Part shown: one piece after another, positions 19,613 to 31,100 of the stretch
How the letters are laid out: every line of letters starts with the position of its first letter
Numbering within the stretch: position 1 is the stretch's first letter
Assembly (NCBI GenBank): GCA_964021635.1
Contig: CAXHZZ010000001.1
Location: 12,762-76,761 of the forward strand
Direction of reading: 5' to 3'
DNA: 64,000 nucleotides
From: an uncultured Tenacibaculum sp.
GTDB lineage: Bacteria; Bacteroidota; Bacteroidia; Flavobacteriales; Flavobacteriaceae
Position numbers and translations under genes: made by a program
Notes under the pieces: model-generated
What the model was told of the DNA's origin: nothing
Seen by the model: the letters and a program-made list of their open reading frames with translations, nothing else
Database searches by the model: none

Positions 19613-20041
19613 TTATTTTTTTAGATAAGGAGTAATTTTATCAATTAAATCTTCGGGTGATTTTACATAAGCAAAAAAGTTAGCAATTTCTTTTTCGTTG
19701 CGTATTAAAATAAAACGAGGAACCATTTTTGTGTTGAATCGTTTTTTTGCTTTATTAAAATAGGCGAGCGCTTCTTTTTTACTTTTATCTAAATCGTTGT
19801 AAACTTTTACCATGACAAATTTTTTAGAAAAATCTTGAAATTTCTTAGTGTCATAGGCGTATTTCTGAACAGTTCTGCAGGGCACACATTTCTTCTCGCC
19901 TAAATATATAAAAACATCTTTATTGTTTTTTGCACCGTAAGCAATGGCACTGTCAATATCTGTTTGCCAATCAATATCCTGAGAAAAAGATTGAAGACAA
20001 GTGAAAAAAGCAATGGTTAAAATAATTTTTTTCATTTTCAT
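19613..20041 (-). CDS. Exported thioredoxin-family protein
   Basis: Signal peptide; CVPC motif; cis-Pro VP. Confidence 0.85.
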   Translation of the reverse strand: MKMKKIILTIAFFTCLQSFSQDIDWQTDIDSAIAYGAKNNKDVFIYLGEKKCVPCRTVQKYAYDTKKFQDFSKKFVMVKVYNDLDKSKKEALAYFNKAKKRFNTKMVPRFILIRNEKEIANFFAYVKSPEDLIDKITPYLKK

Positions 20042-20074
20042 AGAATTTATTTTTCTATAAAAATATATAAATTA

Positions 20075-20761
20075 TTACAATCGTTTGTTAACTAAACTCA
20101 TAATTCGCTCAAACTGTTCTTTTAAACTCATGTTAGAATTATCAAACGTTATAGCATCATCGGCACGAACAAGTGGTGAATCTTCTCTAGTAGAATCTAT
20201 CCTATCACGTTCCTGAACATTGTGTAATATATCGGCATAATTAACCTTATCACCACGGTCTAATAATTCTTTATAACGACGCGTAGCTCGTTTATCGGCA
20301 GAGGCTGTCATAAATAATTTTAATTCAGCATTTTTAAAAACAACAGTACCAATATCACGGCCATCCATTACAATACCTTTATTTTTTCCCATTTCTTGTT
20401 GTTCGCTTACAAGCTTCTTTCGTACTTCAGAAATAGTAGCTACTTTGCTTACTAAGCGAGAAACTTCAAGGGTTCTAATAGTGGTTTCAACATTGGTATC
20501 ATTTAAGAACATTTCAGCAAAACCTAGGTCTTTATTAAAGATAAAAGATAGCGAAATGTTTTGTAAATCAGCAATCAATTTTTCGGGATTAAAATGCGAA
20601 TTTGAAATGTAATTTTGCTGCATTGCATACAAAGTAACAGCTCTGTACATCGCACCAGTATCTACATAAATATAGCCTAGTTTTTTTGCAAGTTGTTTTG
20701 CGATAGTGCTTTTTCCTGTAGATGAAAATCCGTCGATGGCAATGGTGATTTTTTGTTTCAT
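20075..20761 (-). CDS. cmk: Cytidylate kinase
   Basis: IAIDGFSSTGKST, DTGAMYR, MDGRDIGT, RDRIDSTR; probable start MKQKITIAID at 20761. Confidence 0.96.
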   Translation of the reverse strand: MKQKITIAIDGFSSTGKSTIAKQLAKKLGYIYVDTGAMYRAVTLYAMQQNYISNSHFNPEKLIADLQNISLSFIFNKDLGFAEMFLNDTNVETTIRTLEVSRLVSKVATISEVRKKLVSEQQEMGKNKGIVMDGRDIGTVVFKNAELKLFMTASADKRATRRYKELLDRGDKVNYADILHNVQERDRIDSTREDSPLVRADDAITFDNSNMSLKEQFERIMSLVNKRL

Positions 20762-20992
20762 AAAAGATAAAAATAAAATACAAATATACATTAGAAATCT
20801 TTTTTTTTTGAGCAATAAAGTACAAATTACCTGTAAGTTTAAAAAGCTTATTAATTAGTGTTTTACCTTAGTTTTACATCGTTAGTTGCTTGTTTAATAT
20901 AGTTTTTATATATTCACTTGTAATATTATCGTGTTAATGCTGCTTTTTTTTCAAAAAAGTGTATTTTTAGCGCCCCTTAAGTACCTCTTAAA

Positions 20993-23221
20993 ATGAACAA
21001 AATAACTAGAAGCATACAACTACTTTTAGGTATGTTACTTATTTGTATTCACTGTAATACAATGTTAGCACAAACGTTAGACTCACCTGTTATTGCAGGT
21101 GGTGGCTCTGCATGTGATACTTCAGGAACAACAGATTTTTCTGTCGATTTTTCTTTTAGTGGTAGTGTTTTTAATGATGACAATATTTTTTTTATAGAAC
21201 TTTCTGATGTCGACGGAAGCTTTACAGATGCTTCTGCAGTGAAAGAATTAAGAAGGTTAGAGAGTACAGCAGCTAATAATTTTAATCAGGCATTTAATAT
21301 TAGCACAACAGTACAATTACCAGATGGCACTTTTGGTAAAAATTATAAGATAAGAATTCGTACAACTTCTCCAGAAATGACTTCAGAGTCAGTTTTTTTC
21401 GAAGCTTACCACGATATGGTAGTCGATTCTGAATTAGGAATCAATAATGATGAAGATTTCGCTTTGTGTAATGGCGAAAGTAAAGAGGTATCGCTAACAA
21501 CAACAATTGTTGGAGAATATCAGTGGTTTAGAAGAGTTGGCTCTGTCGATACACTGGTAGCAACAACACAAGACCCAACTTTTACAATAACACAAGCAGG
21601 AACTTATTTTGTGGTGATTGACTACGGAAGTTGTGGTGGACCAAAATCAAGATTTATTAATGCAATTGGAATCAGCAATTCAGATGCTCAAATAACAGGT
21701 ACTACTACCGTTGAAATTTGTGGAGACGAAGCACATACGTTTACAGCAAGTTCAAACGATACAAATTATACCTACGAATGGTATCAAGACGATGTTTTAA
21801 AACAAACATCTACTTCAAATACATATACAACACCAACAGCTGGCCAGTTTGGAACCTATCATTTAATAGTAAAATTAGGTGATTGTGAAGTAAAATCTAA
21901 TGATGTTGTATTAGCACAACAAACAACAGCCGATTTTAATGTAGATACAGTAGGGCCTTTAAAAACAATTATTCTGCCAGACGAAGCAAGAGAGCTTTGT
22001 ATTACGCACGATGCTACTTCAGCTACGATACAGTGGTATAAAGATGATAGTTCAATGGGGGCGTCTGCAAATCAGTTGTGTGTTAGCGCTAGAGCTTCAG
22101 GGGAGTATTTTGCACGTGTAACCAAAACTTCGGCTACTACGTGTAATCTTATCGTCGATTCGGAAAAATATGAGTTAATCGCTGTAAAATCGTTCGATGT
22201 AACTATTAGAGCCGAAACAGCATATGAAGAGTGTAATACGGTTACAACCGATTTAAGTATTGTAGGTGTTACAGCTATAGGTCAGGATGATGAGCAATAT
22301 GATTTGTCTGCTGATCAGATAGATATGTTAAATTATCAATGGAAAAAAGATGGAGTAGCTGTTACAGGTGCTACAGAAACCACCTATAATGTTGGTTCTT
22401 ATCAAGATAATGGAGTTTATACCTTGCAAGTAGGTGTAGGAACATTAACTACAGACTCTAATGAGTTGCCTATAAAACTTATTGTTGAAGATCCAGAAAT
22501 TACTTCAACATCTTCTTCTAATTCATTATGCCCAGGTGGCGATATCGTATATACAATTGATGTTTTAGTAGCAGGCTATACTTACGAGTGGTTTAAAGAT
22601 GATGATACTACCGCAATTGCTACAGATGTTGAAGAATTTACCGTTACAGAAATTGGTGAATATACATTAAAAGTAACCGGTTTTGGATGTGAAAAAACAT
22701 ACGCACCTATTAATGTTGTATTATTTGATGAATCTGTGGTAATGGTAACACCATCAGAAAAAGTAGTGCTTATACAAGGGCAAACAGTAACCGTAACAGC
22801 ATCGGGAGCTGAATCTTATGTTTGGCATTTAGGAGAAGATACTAGTGGTACAGTTTTATCAACAAACGAGACTTTAGATGTTAATACATTAGGTTTTTAT
22901 ACAGTAGAAGCTTCTGTTGGTGCTTGTAGTGTGGTACTTACGGTAGAAGTTGTAGAGCAGGATGACCAGGTTATCGTACCAAATATTGTTACGCCCAATG
23001 AAGACGGAATAAACGATACTTGGCAATTATCAAACAAATATGCATTTCAACCATCGGTATTAATACAATTGTATGATTCTAGTGGTAAAGAAATTTTAAA
23101 TACATCCGATTATAAAAATGATTGGCCATTAGAAAGTTTAGGGAATCAAAAAATCTTCTACTATAAAATTATAAAAGAAGATGTATTAATTAAAGCAGGA
23201 ACAATATCTGTATTAGATTAA
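20993..23221 (+). CDS. sprC: Gliding motility protein SprC-like; Ig-like repeats and T9SS type B CTD
   Basis: Signal peptide; repeated YxWY/F Ig-like modules; C-terminal VPNIVTPNEDGINDTW; first gene upstream of sprD-sprB-sprF. Confidence 0.8.
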   Translation: MNKITRSIQLLLGMLLICIHCNTMLAQTLDSPVIAGGGSACDTSGTTDFSVDFSFSGSVFNDDNIFFIELSDVDGSFTDASAVKELRRLESTAANNFNQAFNISTTVQLPDGTFGKNYKIRIRTTSPEMTSESVFFEAYHDMVVDSELGINNDEDFALCNGESKEVSLTTTIVGEYQWFRRVGSVDTLVATTQDPTFTITQAGTYFVVIDYGSCGGPKSRFINAIGISNSDAQITGTTTVEICGDEAHTFTASSNDTNYTYEWYQDDVLKQTSTSNTYTTPTAGQFGTYHLIVKLGDCEVKSNDVVLAQQTTADFNVDTVGPLKTIILPDEARELCITHDATSATIQWYKDDSSMGASANQLCVSARASGEYFARVTKTSATTCNLIVDSEKYELIAVKSFDVTIRAETAYEECNTVTTDLSIVGVTAIGQDDEQYDLSADQIDMLNYQWKKDGVAVTGATETTYNVGSYQDNGVYTLQVGVGTLTTDSNELPIKLIVEDPEITSTSSSNSLCPGGDIVYTIDVLVAGYTYEWFKDDDTTAIATDVEEFTVTEIGEYTLKVTGFGCEKTYAPINVVLFDESVVMVTPSEKVVLIQGQTVTVTASGAESYVWHLGEDTSGTVLSTNETLDVNTLGFYTVEASVGACSVVLTVEVVEQDDQVIVPNIVTPNEDGINDTWQLSNKYAFQPSVLIQLYDSSGKEILNTSDYKNDWPLESLGNQKIFYYKIIKEDVLIKAGTISVLD

Positions 23222-23230
23222 AGATTTAAG

Positions 23231-25060
23231 ATGATAAAAAAAATTACATTATGTATCGTGTTATTAGTAAGTGTGTTTTCATTACAAGCACAAGGATCTG
23301 ACGATGCGCAACAATACAATAGTTTTACTTCAAGAAATTTTATGAAGTTTAACCGCTTTTTAACAGTTCCTACTTTTTCGGCTTTGCGAGAAAGTAAAAC
23401 AGAGATGACTGCTATTGTACGTAATAGTAATGTAGATTTTGAAGACAATCCTAGATTGTATGTAGGAACCTATGCAGGTAAAATGCGCGAAAATGTAGGT
23501 GCAGGTGTTGCTATTTATCAGCAAGAAGTAGGTGTTTTTAAAGATTTTGGAGCCTTAATAAACTATGCGCAAAAATTAAAATTAAATGAAAATTTAGATT
23601 TAACATTTGGGTTCAATTTTCTTTATAGCAGACGAAGTGCAGATGCTGTAAAGGTAAATTCAACAGTACCAGACCCGCAAGTAGCAAACTTTCAGGATAT
23701 ACCGTTAGTAATGTTACAACCAGCAGTAACTTTATCATTTGGTAAGTTTGATGTTGGGGTGTTTTTTGAGAATTTAGTGGACTTTAATTTAAAAAGTAGT
23801 GAAATGGCTACTTCATTTGGCGAAAAAACTTTTTCTGCACACGCAATGTATTCATATGAATTTACATACGCTTCAGGAATTTTTGAAGGAGCAGATTTAA
23901 GAACTCTAGTAATGGCAAGAAAGCCGGGTGAAAATGAATTTAGTGTTGGTGGTAATGTAATATTAGATTTACCAAAAGCAGGTTGGTTAAAAGCAGGTTA
24001 CGATAAAACGTATGGTATTTCTGCAGGAATAGGTGTAAATATTTCAGATAAACTAGCGGTTGGTTTTAGTTATGAGAAAAGTTCTTTCGCAGCAACAAAT
24101 GAAATTGGGTTGATTTATAATTTTGGAAAAAAATCATATTCAAGAGAAAGACCAACAAGACGATCAGGTAATGTAAATGTAACATTGCCAGAAAGAGCGC
24201 CTAAAAATGAATATAAAAATGAAGAGCATAATGATTTATCAGATGAAATTCAAACAGCACAAGACTCTATAGATATTTTAAATAAAAAAGTTGATGAGGT
24301 TTTACGTTTGTTAAAAAATCAACCAGCACCACAAAAAGTAATAGTGCCAGCTCCTGTTAAAAACACTGTTGAAGAAAAAGACACATCATTAAGAAGAAGG
24401 TCAGATAAACCATGGAGACAAAGTACCATTACAACCTCAGGTAGTGGCGGCGGAGGTACAATGTATTATATCGTTTCTGATAGGTATAAGAATAAAGAAA
24501 ATGTATTTCCTTTAATTGATAAATGGAAAAGATCAGATGTAGAAGCAAAATATATTTTCGAACCAAAAGAAAAATATTATTACGTATATATAGATCGGTT
24601 TGCAAAAGAAGAAGATGCAGTTGAAAAAGTAGATGAGTTAACTGATAAAACGCGAATGTTTGAAAGTGATGATAAAAATGATAAATCATCAATAGTAATA
24701 AAGAAAAGCGGTAAAGATGTAGTTTATGTTGTTAAATTAACCATAGGTACAAGTGGCGATAGTTACAAAGAACCTAAAACACAACCTAAAGCAAGAGTAA
24801 GAACCATGTCTAACATGCAAGGAGTTGCACCAGGATATTATTTACAAGTATATGTAAATGGAAATAAAGCATTAGCGGATAGAAATGTTGATGAGTTAAG
24901 AAATGATGGTATCGATGCAGGATACTTTATAAACCCTACGACTGGTTATATGCATACGTATATAGCAAAAACGGAAACTAGAGAAGAAGCTATTAAGTTG
25001 TATAATAATAATTTAAACGGTTCGTTTTACGACCGTAAAACGATAGTACGTATAAAATAA
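23231..25060 (+). CDS. sprD: SprD-like PorP/SprF family beta-barrel with long C-terminal extension
   Basis: N-terminal ~300 aa PorP/SprF-like barrel (...GFSYE...EIGLIYNFG), then coiled coil and two alpha/beta repeats; position between sprC and sprB. Confidence 0.75.
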   Translation: MIKKITLCIVLLVSVFSLQAQGSDDAQQYNSFTSRNFMKFNRFLTVPTFSALRESKTEMTAIVRNSNVDFEDNPRLYVGTYAGKMRENVGAGVAIYQQEVGVFKDFGALINYAQKLKLNENLDLTFGFNFLYSRRSADAVKVNSTVPDPQVANFQDIPLVMLQPAVTLSFGKFDVGVFFENLVDFNLKSSEMATSFGEKTFSAHAMYSYEFTYASGIFEGADLRTLVMARKPGENEFSVGGNVILDLPKAGWLKAGYDKTYGISAGIGVNISDKLAVGFSYEKSSFAATNEIGLIYNFGKKSYSRERPTRRSGNVNVTLPERAPKNEYKNEEHNDLSDEIQTAQDSIDILNKKVDEVLRLLKNQPAPQKVIVPAPVKNTVEEKDTSLRRRSDKPWRQSTITTSGSGGGGTMYYIVSDRYKNKENVFPLIDKWKRSDVEAKYIFEPKEKYYYVYIDRFAKEEDAVEKVDELTDKTRMFESDDKNDKSSIVIKKSGKDVVYVVKLTIGTSGDSYKEPKTQPKARVRTMSNMQGVAPGYYLQVYVNGNKALADRNVDELRNDGIDAGYFINPTTGYMHTYIAKTETREEAIKLYNNNLNGSFYDRKTIVRIK

Positions 25061-25102
25061 TTAATTTGTAAGCCCCCTTAAACAATTAATCCCCGAGAAA
25101 AG

Positions 25103-28100
25103 ATGATGAAAAAAATACTTATAATACTAGTTTTTTTAATAACCACTTTTACTTTTTCGCAAGAAAAAGAAGTTATTAATGATAAAAATAAAGTTGTAAA
25201 GGAGAGTATTGGATATAAAAAAACACAAGAAGTATTTTCTTTAGGAAAAAAACCACCCTCTTTTGATCAGCGAATTATTAAGCCAGATGGTTCTGCAGGG
25301 GGTATTAATATTAAAGGGAATATTACCTTTATAGCTAATAATATTTTAAGTAAATATGAAAGTAGTGGAGGAAATGGAAATGGAAATGGAAATGGAAATG
25401 GAAATGGAAATGGTGGTGGAGGTAGTGATATTGACCCAAATGACCCGTATGATGGTTCTGAATCAAACGGATCTCTTGATATGCAGTATATTGATACAGA
25501 TGGTGATAATACTACATTTTCTTCTAGTTCAGATATTTTAGCTTTAGCTACTTGCTCTAGAGTGGTGTATGCAGGATTATATTGGGCAGGGGTTTACCCT
25601 AGAGATACCTGGAGTGGTTCTAATCGTTCTGGGGATTTCAAGAATATAAAATTTAAATTACCCGGTGGAGCTTATCAAGCTATTCAAGCAGATGAAATAG
25701 ATACCTCGAAGAGAGAATTAATTATAGATAATGGCTTTACATATATTTGTTATAAAGATATTACAACAGATGTTCAAAGTTTAACTACAACTGCAAACCC
25801 TGACGGACATAATGGTACTTATTTTGCAGCAGATATAAAAGGGGTAAGAGGTGATGATCCTAATGGTTTAGGTGGTGCTGCAGGTTGGACGATGGTAGTT
25901 ATTTATGAGAATCAAACAGAGTCAAGTAAAAACATAGCTGTTTTTGATGGTTTTGCAGAAGTTGACGGTAGTAACAATGTAGATTTATCTTATACAGGGT
26001 TTATTACCGTACCAGTTGGGCCTGATGCATCTAATCCAGCACCTGTTAGAGCAACTTTACTAGCAGCAACTTTAGAAGGAGATAGAAGTATTACTGGAGA
26101 TAGTTTTCAAATTAATGATGAAGAAGACGGTACAGGTAATTATATAGACCAATTTACAACAAATTTAAATCAAGCAGATAACTTTTTTAATGGATCTATA
26201 ACTAGGTATGACAACTATGTTACTACACGTACACCTGATAGTGAAAATACTTTAGGTTTTGATGTTGATCTCTATGAGTTAAATAATCCTAATAATAGTG
26301 TTATAACGAATGGTCAAACAACTGCTAATGTTCGATTTACTACAAGTGGAGATGTTTATTACCCATTCTTAAATGCACTAGCTGTAGAAATAATACAGCC
26401 AGAAGTACAACTGTTAAAAACAATAACAGACCCAGGTGGTGAAGAAATATCAGGAACTCCTGTAGGTTTGGGAGCAGAATTGTTTTATAATATTACGTTT
26501 CAAAATGTAGGTACGGATGATGCTACAAATACTATTATTACAGATAGGTTGCCAAAAAATGTGGATTTATTAGAAGTGGCTGCACCCAACGGGTCAGCTG
26601 CGCCAGACGGTACACGTTTTAATATCGATTTACCAGCAGGTGTAACTATAGTAGCTTATGACCCTCCCGCTGTTGATAATGGTTTTAGAGCCGAACTTCA
26701 ATTTTCTGTGCCAGATAGTATGGTTTTAGAAGGAGGAGATTTACATGAAATCGATATACGTGTTCAAGTAGTTACGGACTGTAATGATTTAAGAGATGTA
26801 TGTTCTAATGAAATTCAAAACCAAGCTTTTGCTAGTTATCAAGGTATAAAAGGAGGAGTCCTTATTGATAATGAACCAAGTTTTGCAGGAGTTGATGACT
26901 GTAATTTTGGAGTTGTAGGTACCTCTAACTTTTTAGTGGATACCTCTGGTTGTACTTTCGAAAGGTCAGAAGTACTTTGTGGTGCAAGTATAGATATTGT
27001 TGCAGGTAATGGTTTTGATACTTATTCATGGGAAGAAGCAAGTAATCCAGGAGTTATACTTGGTACAAATCAAACTCTAACAGTAACTCAAGCAGGAACA
27101 TATATTGTAACAAAAATAGCTCCGGTAGGTTGTATTGATGCTACCGAAACGGTTAATGTAGTTAGTTTTAATGATGAACCAAATCCTTTAGCTCCTTTTG
27201 CTTCACAAGTTTTACCTGAGTGTAATGGTTTTGAGTTAGCTGAGGTTTATTTATGTGGAATTAATAGTTCTATAGATATAGATTTACCATTTACGGGTGC
27301 TACTACAGTTAACTGGTTTAAATTAGATGCTGCATCTACTTGTACTGTTCAGGCGGTAGAAGGTTGTGCTAATTTAGATACGGATTGTGATTGGACAAAT
27401 ATTGGAACTGAATTAGATAAAAATTTTGATACTGAAGGTGAATATCGCTTAGAGGTATTATACGATGGTCGATGTCCGCAAACTTATTACTTTAATGTAT
27501 ATAAGGCTACACTAAACCCAACAATTACCACCCAAGATATTGTTTGTAATACACCAGGTAGTATAGTAATTACAAATGTTCCTGACGGTTATGAATACAG
27601 TTTAACGGGCCCTGGAGGTTTTAATGAACCATTTTCAACAAATGCCACTTTTTCAATAACTGATGCAGGAGATTATGATTTATCAATTCGCTTAATAGGT
27701 GCACCAGCAGGTTCATGTACATATACACAAGAAAATATAAACATACAATCACCACCTATACAATTAAATGTAACTCAAGGAACCCTTAATTGTTCAGATG
27801 ACGTTATACAAATAACAGCTAGTGTTAGTGGAGTACCAGGAGGGTATTCTTATGAAATTACAAGAGATGGTGTTCCTGCAGCAAATTCAGGAGGTTTCAT
27901 AGCAAACAGCAGTCAAACTTTTGACTTTAATGATGGAGGTACTTTTGTAACCACTATAACTACAGAAGATGGTTGTACAGCAACAGATACACGTGTAATA
28001 AACAAACCAGACCCAATTACATTATTAGCAACCACTACAAAAAATATTTCATGTGTTGATGGATCTTCCGATGGTATTATTACGTTAACACCGGGAGGAG

Positions 28101-31100
28101 GAACATTATTACCAGGTTTAACCTATAATATTTCACTTATTTCAGCTCCGGCTTCAGTAACAACGCCTGCAGCTGTTACAGGAACAACTTATAATGTAGC
28201 TAACGGAAATGAAGGAACTTATGTTTTTGAAGTAACAGATAGTAATAATTGTTCAACAACAGCAACAGCAACAGTTGTTGTAGAGCCAGAAGTACAATTT
28301 ACAACAGACACGACAGATATTTCGTGTAACGGTTTAACAGACGGACAAATAAATGTAAGTATTAACGGTGCAGATTTAGGCTATACATTTGAATATAGTA
28401 TTGATGCAGGTGCTAATTGGAATGCAACAGGTGTGTTTGCTAACCTTGCAGCAAACACTTATACAGTAAGAGTTAGAGCTTCTAAAACAGGATATCAATG
28501 TATATATGATATCGAAAATATTGAAATTGAAGAACCAGCTGCTTTAACAGGTGGTAGTACAGCACATACCGATCATAGTTGTGATACTAATGGTAATACC
28601 ATACAAGGTACCATAACTTTTACAGATCCATCAGGAGGTACAGGTGCGTATACTTTTTATTATAAATTAGCAGCAGACGCAACGTATACAGCAGCAACAA
28701 GTAATCCTGTTATAAATTTAGCAGCAGGAACCTATAATATTAGAGTTGAAGATGCCAACGGATGTCCGAGAGATTTAGCAGATGTTGTTATAGACCCAAT
28801 TCCGGGTGCGCCAACATTTAATCAAACTGTAGTATATAATTGTGAAGGAGAAGGAACTATAACAATAACTCCATTTGATGCTTCGTACACTTATACCTTA
28901 GATGGCACAATAGTGCAAACAGGTGCAAATGCAAATGTTTTTACAGATGTAGCGGTAGGAGCACACTCAATAAGAGTCAACTATTTCGGAAACTGTAGAA
29001 CAGATATTCCGGTAACTGTTGCAGGTGGAAATGCTTTTTCTGGAGATATAAGAGCAACTTCAGATAGTGAATGTTTTGGCTCTGATAATGGAAGTATTAC
29101 TATAGGAGCAAGTAATGTTATAGGTACTAGTTTTGAATATTCTACAGATGGAGGTTCTACTTGGTCTTTTACAGCAGATAACCCATACAGAGTTGTAGGT
29201 TTAGCAGCCGGTACTTATGATGTTTTTATTAGAGAAGTAGATGGTGGAACCACCTGTGTAATAGATTTAGGAGATGTAACAATTACACAACCAGACGAGT
29301 TAACATTAACTGCAGCCGTAGATCAGCAACCAACATGTTCTGGTCCACCAGCAGGAACCATTATAGCTTCGGCTTCGGGTGGTGTGCCGCCTTATGAATT
29401 TAGTATAGATGATGGTGCTACATGGCAATCATCTAACATATTTAATGATGTACCAGGAAGAGTAACAGATTATATAGTAATGATTCGTGATAGTAGAAAC
29501 TGTAACGAATGTGGTTGTACTTCAAATTTATTCGAAAATGGTAGTTTCGAGCAACCTTTGGTTAATAGACCACCAGCACCAAATTTTCAGTTCATAAACG
29601 AAGATGATGTGCCAGGTTGGGATACTAATGACCCTACAAATGTTATAGAACTATGGCAGAGTGGTTTTTTAGGTGTACCAGCACATGATGGTAATCAGTT
29701 TGCAGAATTAAATGCAAACAATCCAGGTTCTTTATTTCAAGAATATTGTACACAGCCAGGAGATGTAATTAATTGGTCTGTTGCGCATAGAGGTAGAGAT
29801 GGTGTAGATGAAGCAACTGTTAAAATTGGAGGTGATTTAGCAACAGCAGCTGTAGTAGAAACAATGTCAGACGGCAACACTGCATGGGGTGTGTATATTG
29901 GCACATATACAGTACCAGTTGGGCAATCAACCACAGTTATTGCTTTTGATGCTTTATCCGCGGTTGGAGGAAGATCTGTAGGTAATTTTATTGATGATGT
30001 TCAAATTACAATAGCAAGAAACAATTGTGTACCAGTAAATGTATCAGTACAATCACCAATAGATGTTGAGTTTACCGTAACTCCAGAAACTTGTTATAAC
30101 GCTACTAGCAATAATGGTACCTTAACGGTAGATGTTACAGCCGGAAACGATGATTACCAATTTAGTATAGATAATGGTACAACATGGCAAACACCAGATG
30201 TTGCAACACCAAATCAGTATATATTTACAGGTTTAACGGCAGGTACTTATAACGTAACCGTTCAAGACGGATTAGGGTGTACAATACCGCCAGTTACAGC
30301 AACAATTAATCCGCAGATAGGAGCCACCGTAGCAACTACCAACGAGAATTGTGAAGATTTAGGGCAAATAACAATTACACCAACAGGAGGAGATGGCAAT
30401 TACCAATATGTTGTAACACCAATTGCTCCAACAGCAGGGGCAGTAACTACAAGTACTACAAGCCCAATTAATGTTGCAGCAGGTTCTTATACAGTAAGTG
30501 TAAGAGACCAAAACGGAGATGCAGGGTTTTGTGAATATACAGAAGATGTAACCATTACCAGAATAGCAGATCCTACGATAGTAGTTACCGAAACGCAGCC
30601 AGATTGTAATGGCGACACAGGTTCTGTAAGTATTGCTATTAGTAACGGAACAGCAGATTATACAACGACAATAACATTACAAGGCGCACCAGGTACAGAA
30701 CAAACATCAGGTGCATCATCAGATGTTAGCGTTTCTTTTAATGGTTTAGCTAACGGAACCTATGATATTGAGACTACGGATGCTAATGGATGTACAGATA
30801 CAGCAGAAATTACAATTGCTGCACCAAATCCATTATCAGGAGATTCAAGAGAATCACAAATTTATACGTGTGCTCAATTAGGAGAAATCACTGTAGAAAA
30901 TGTAACAGGAGGAACAGCACCATACACCTATACTTTAAGTGATGGAACCACTTCTACAGCATTTACAACAGACACGGTAACTTTTGATTACACATTTGAA
31001 GATTTAACAGACGGAACATATACTGTAACAATAACAGATGCAAATAGCTGTAGTTTTACGGTAACGCCAGATATTACCATTGCACCATTACCAGAGGAGC

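Noticed and set aside
25370-25411. ON/OFF phase variation of sprB by the microsatellite
   Set aside because: The unit is 6 bp, so slippage keeps the frame.
25356-25541. 61-aa ORF with MEMEMEM repeat
   Set aside because: Alternative-frame reading of the (GGAAAT)7 tract inside sprB.
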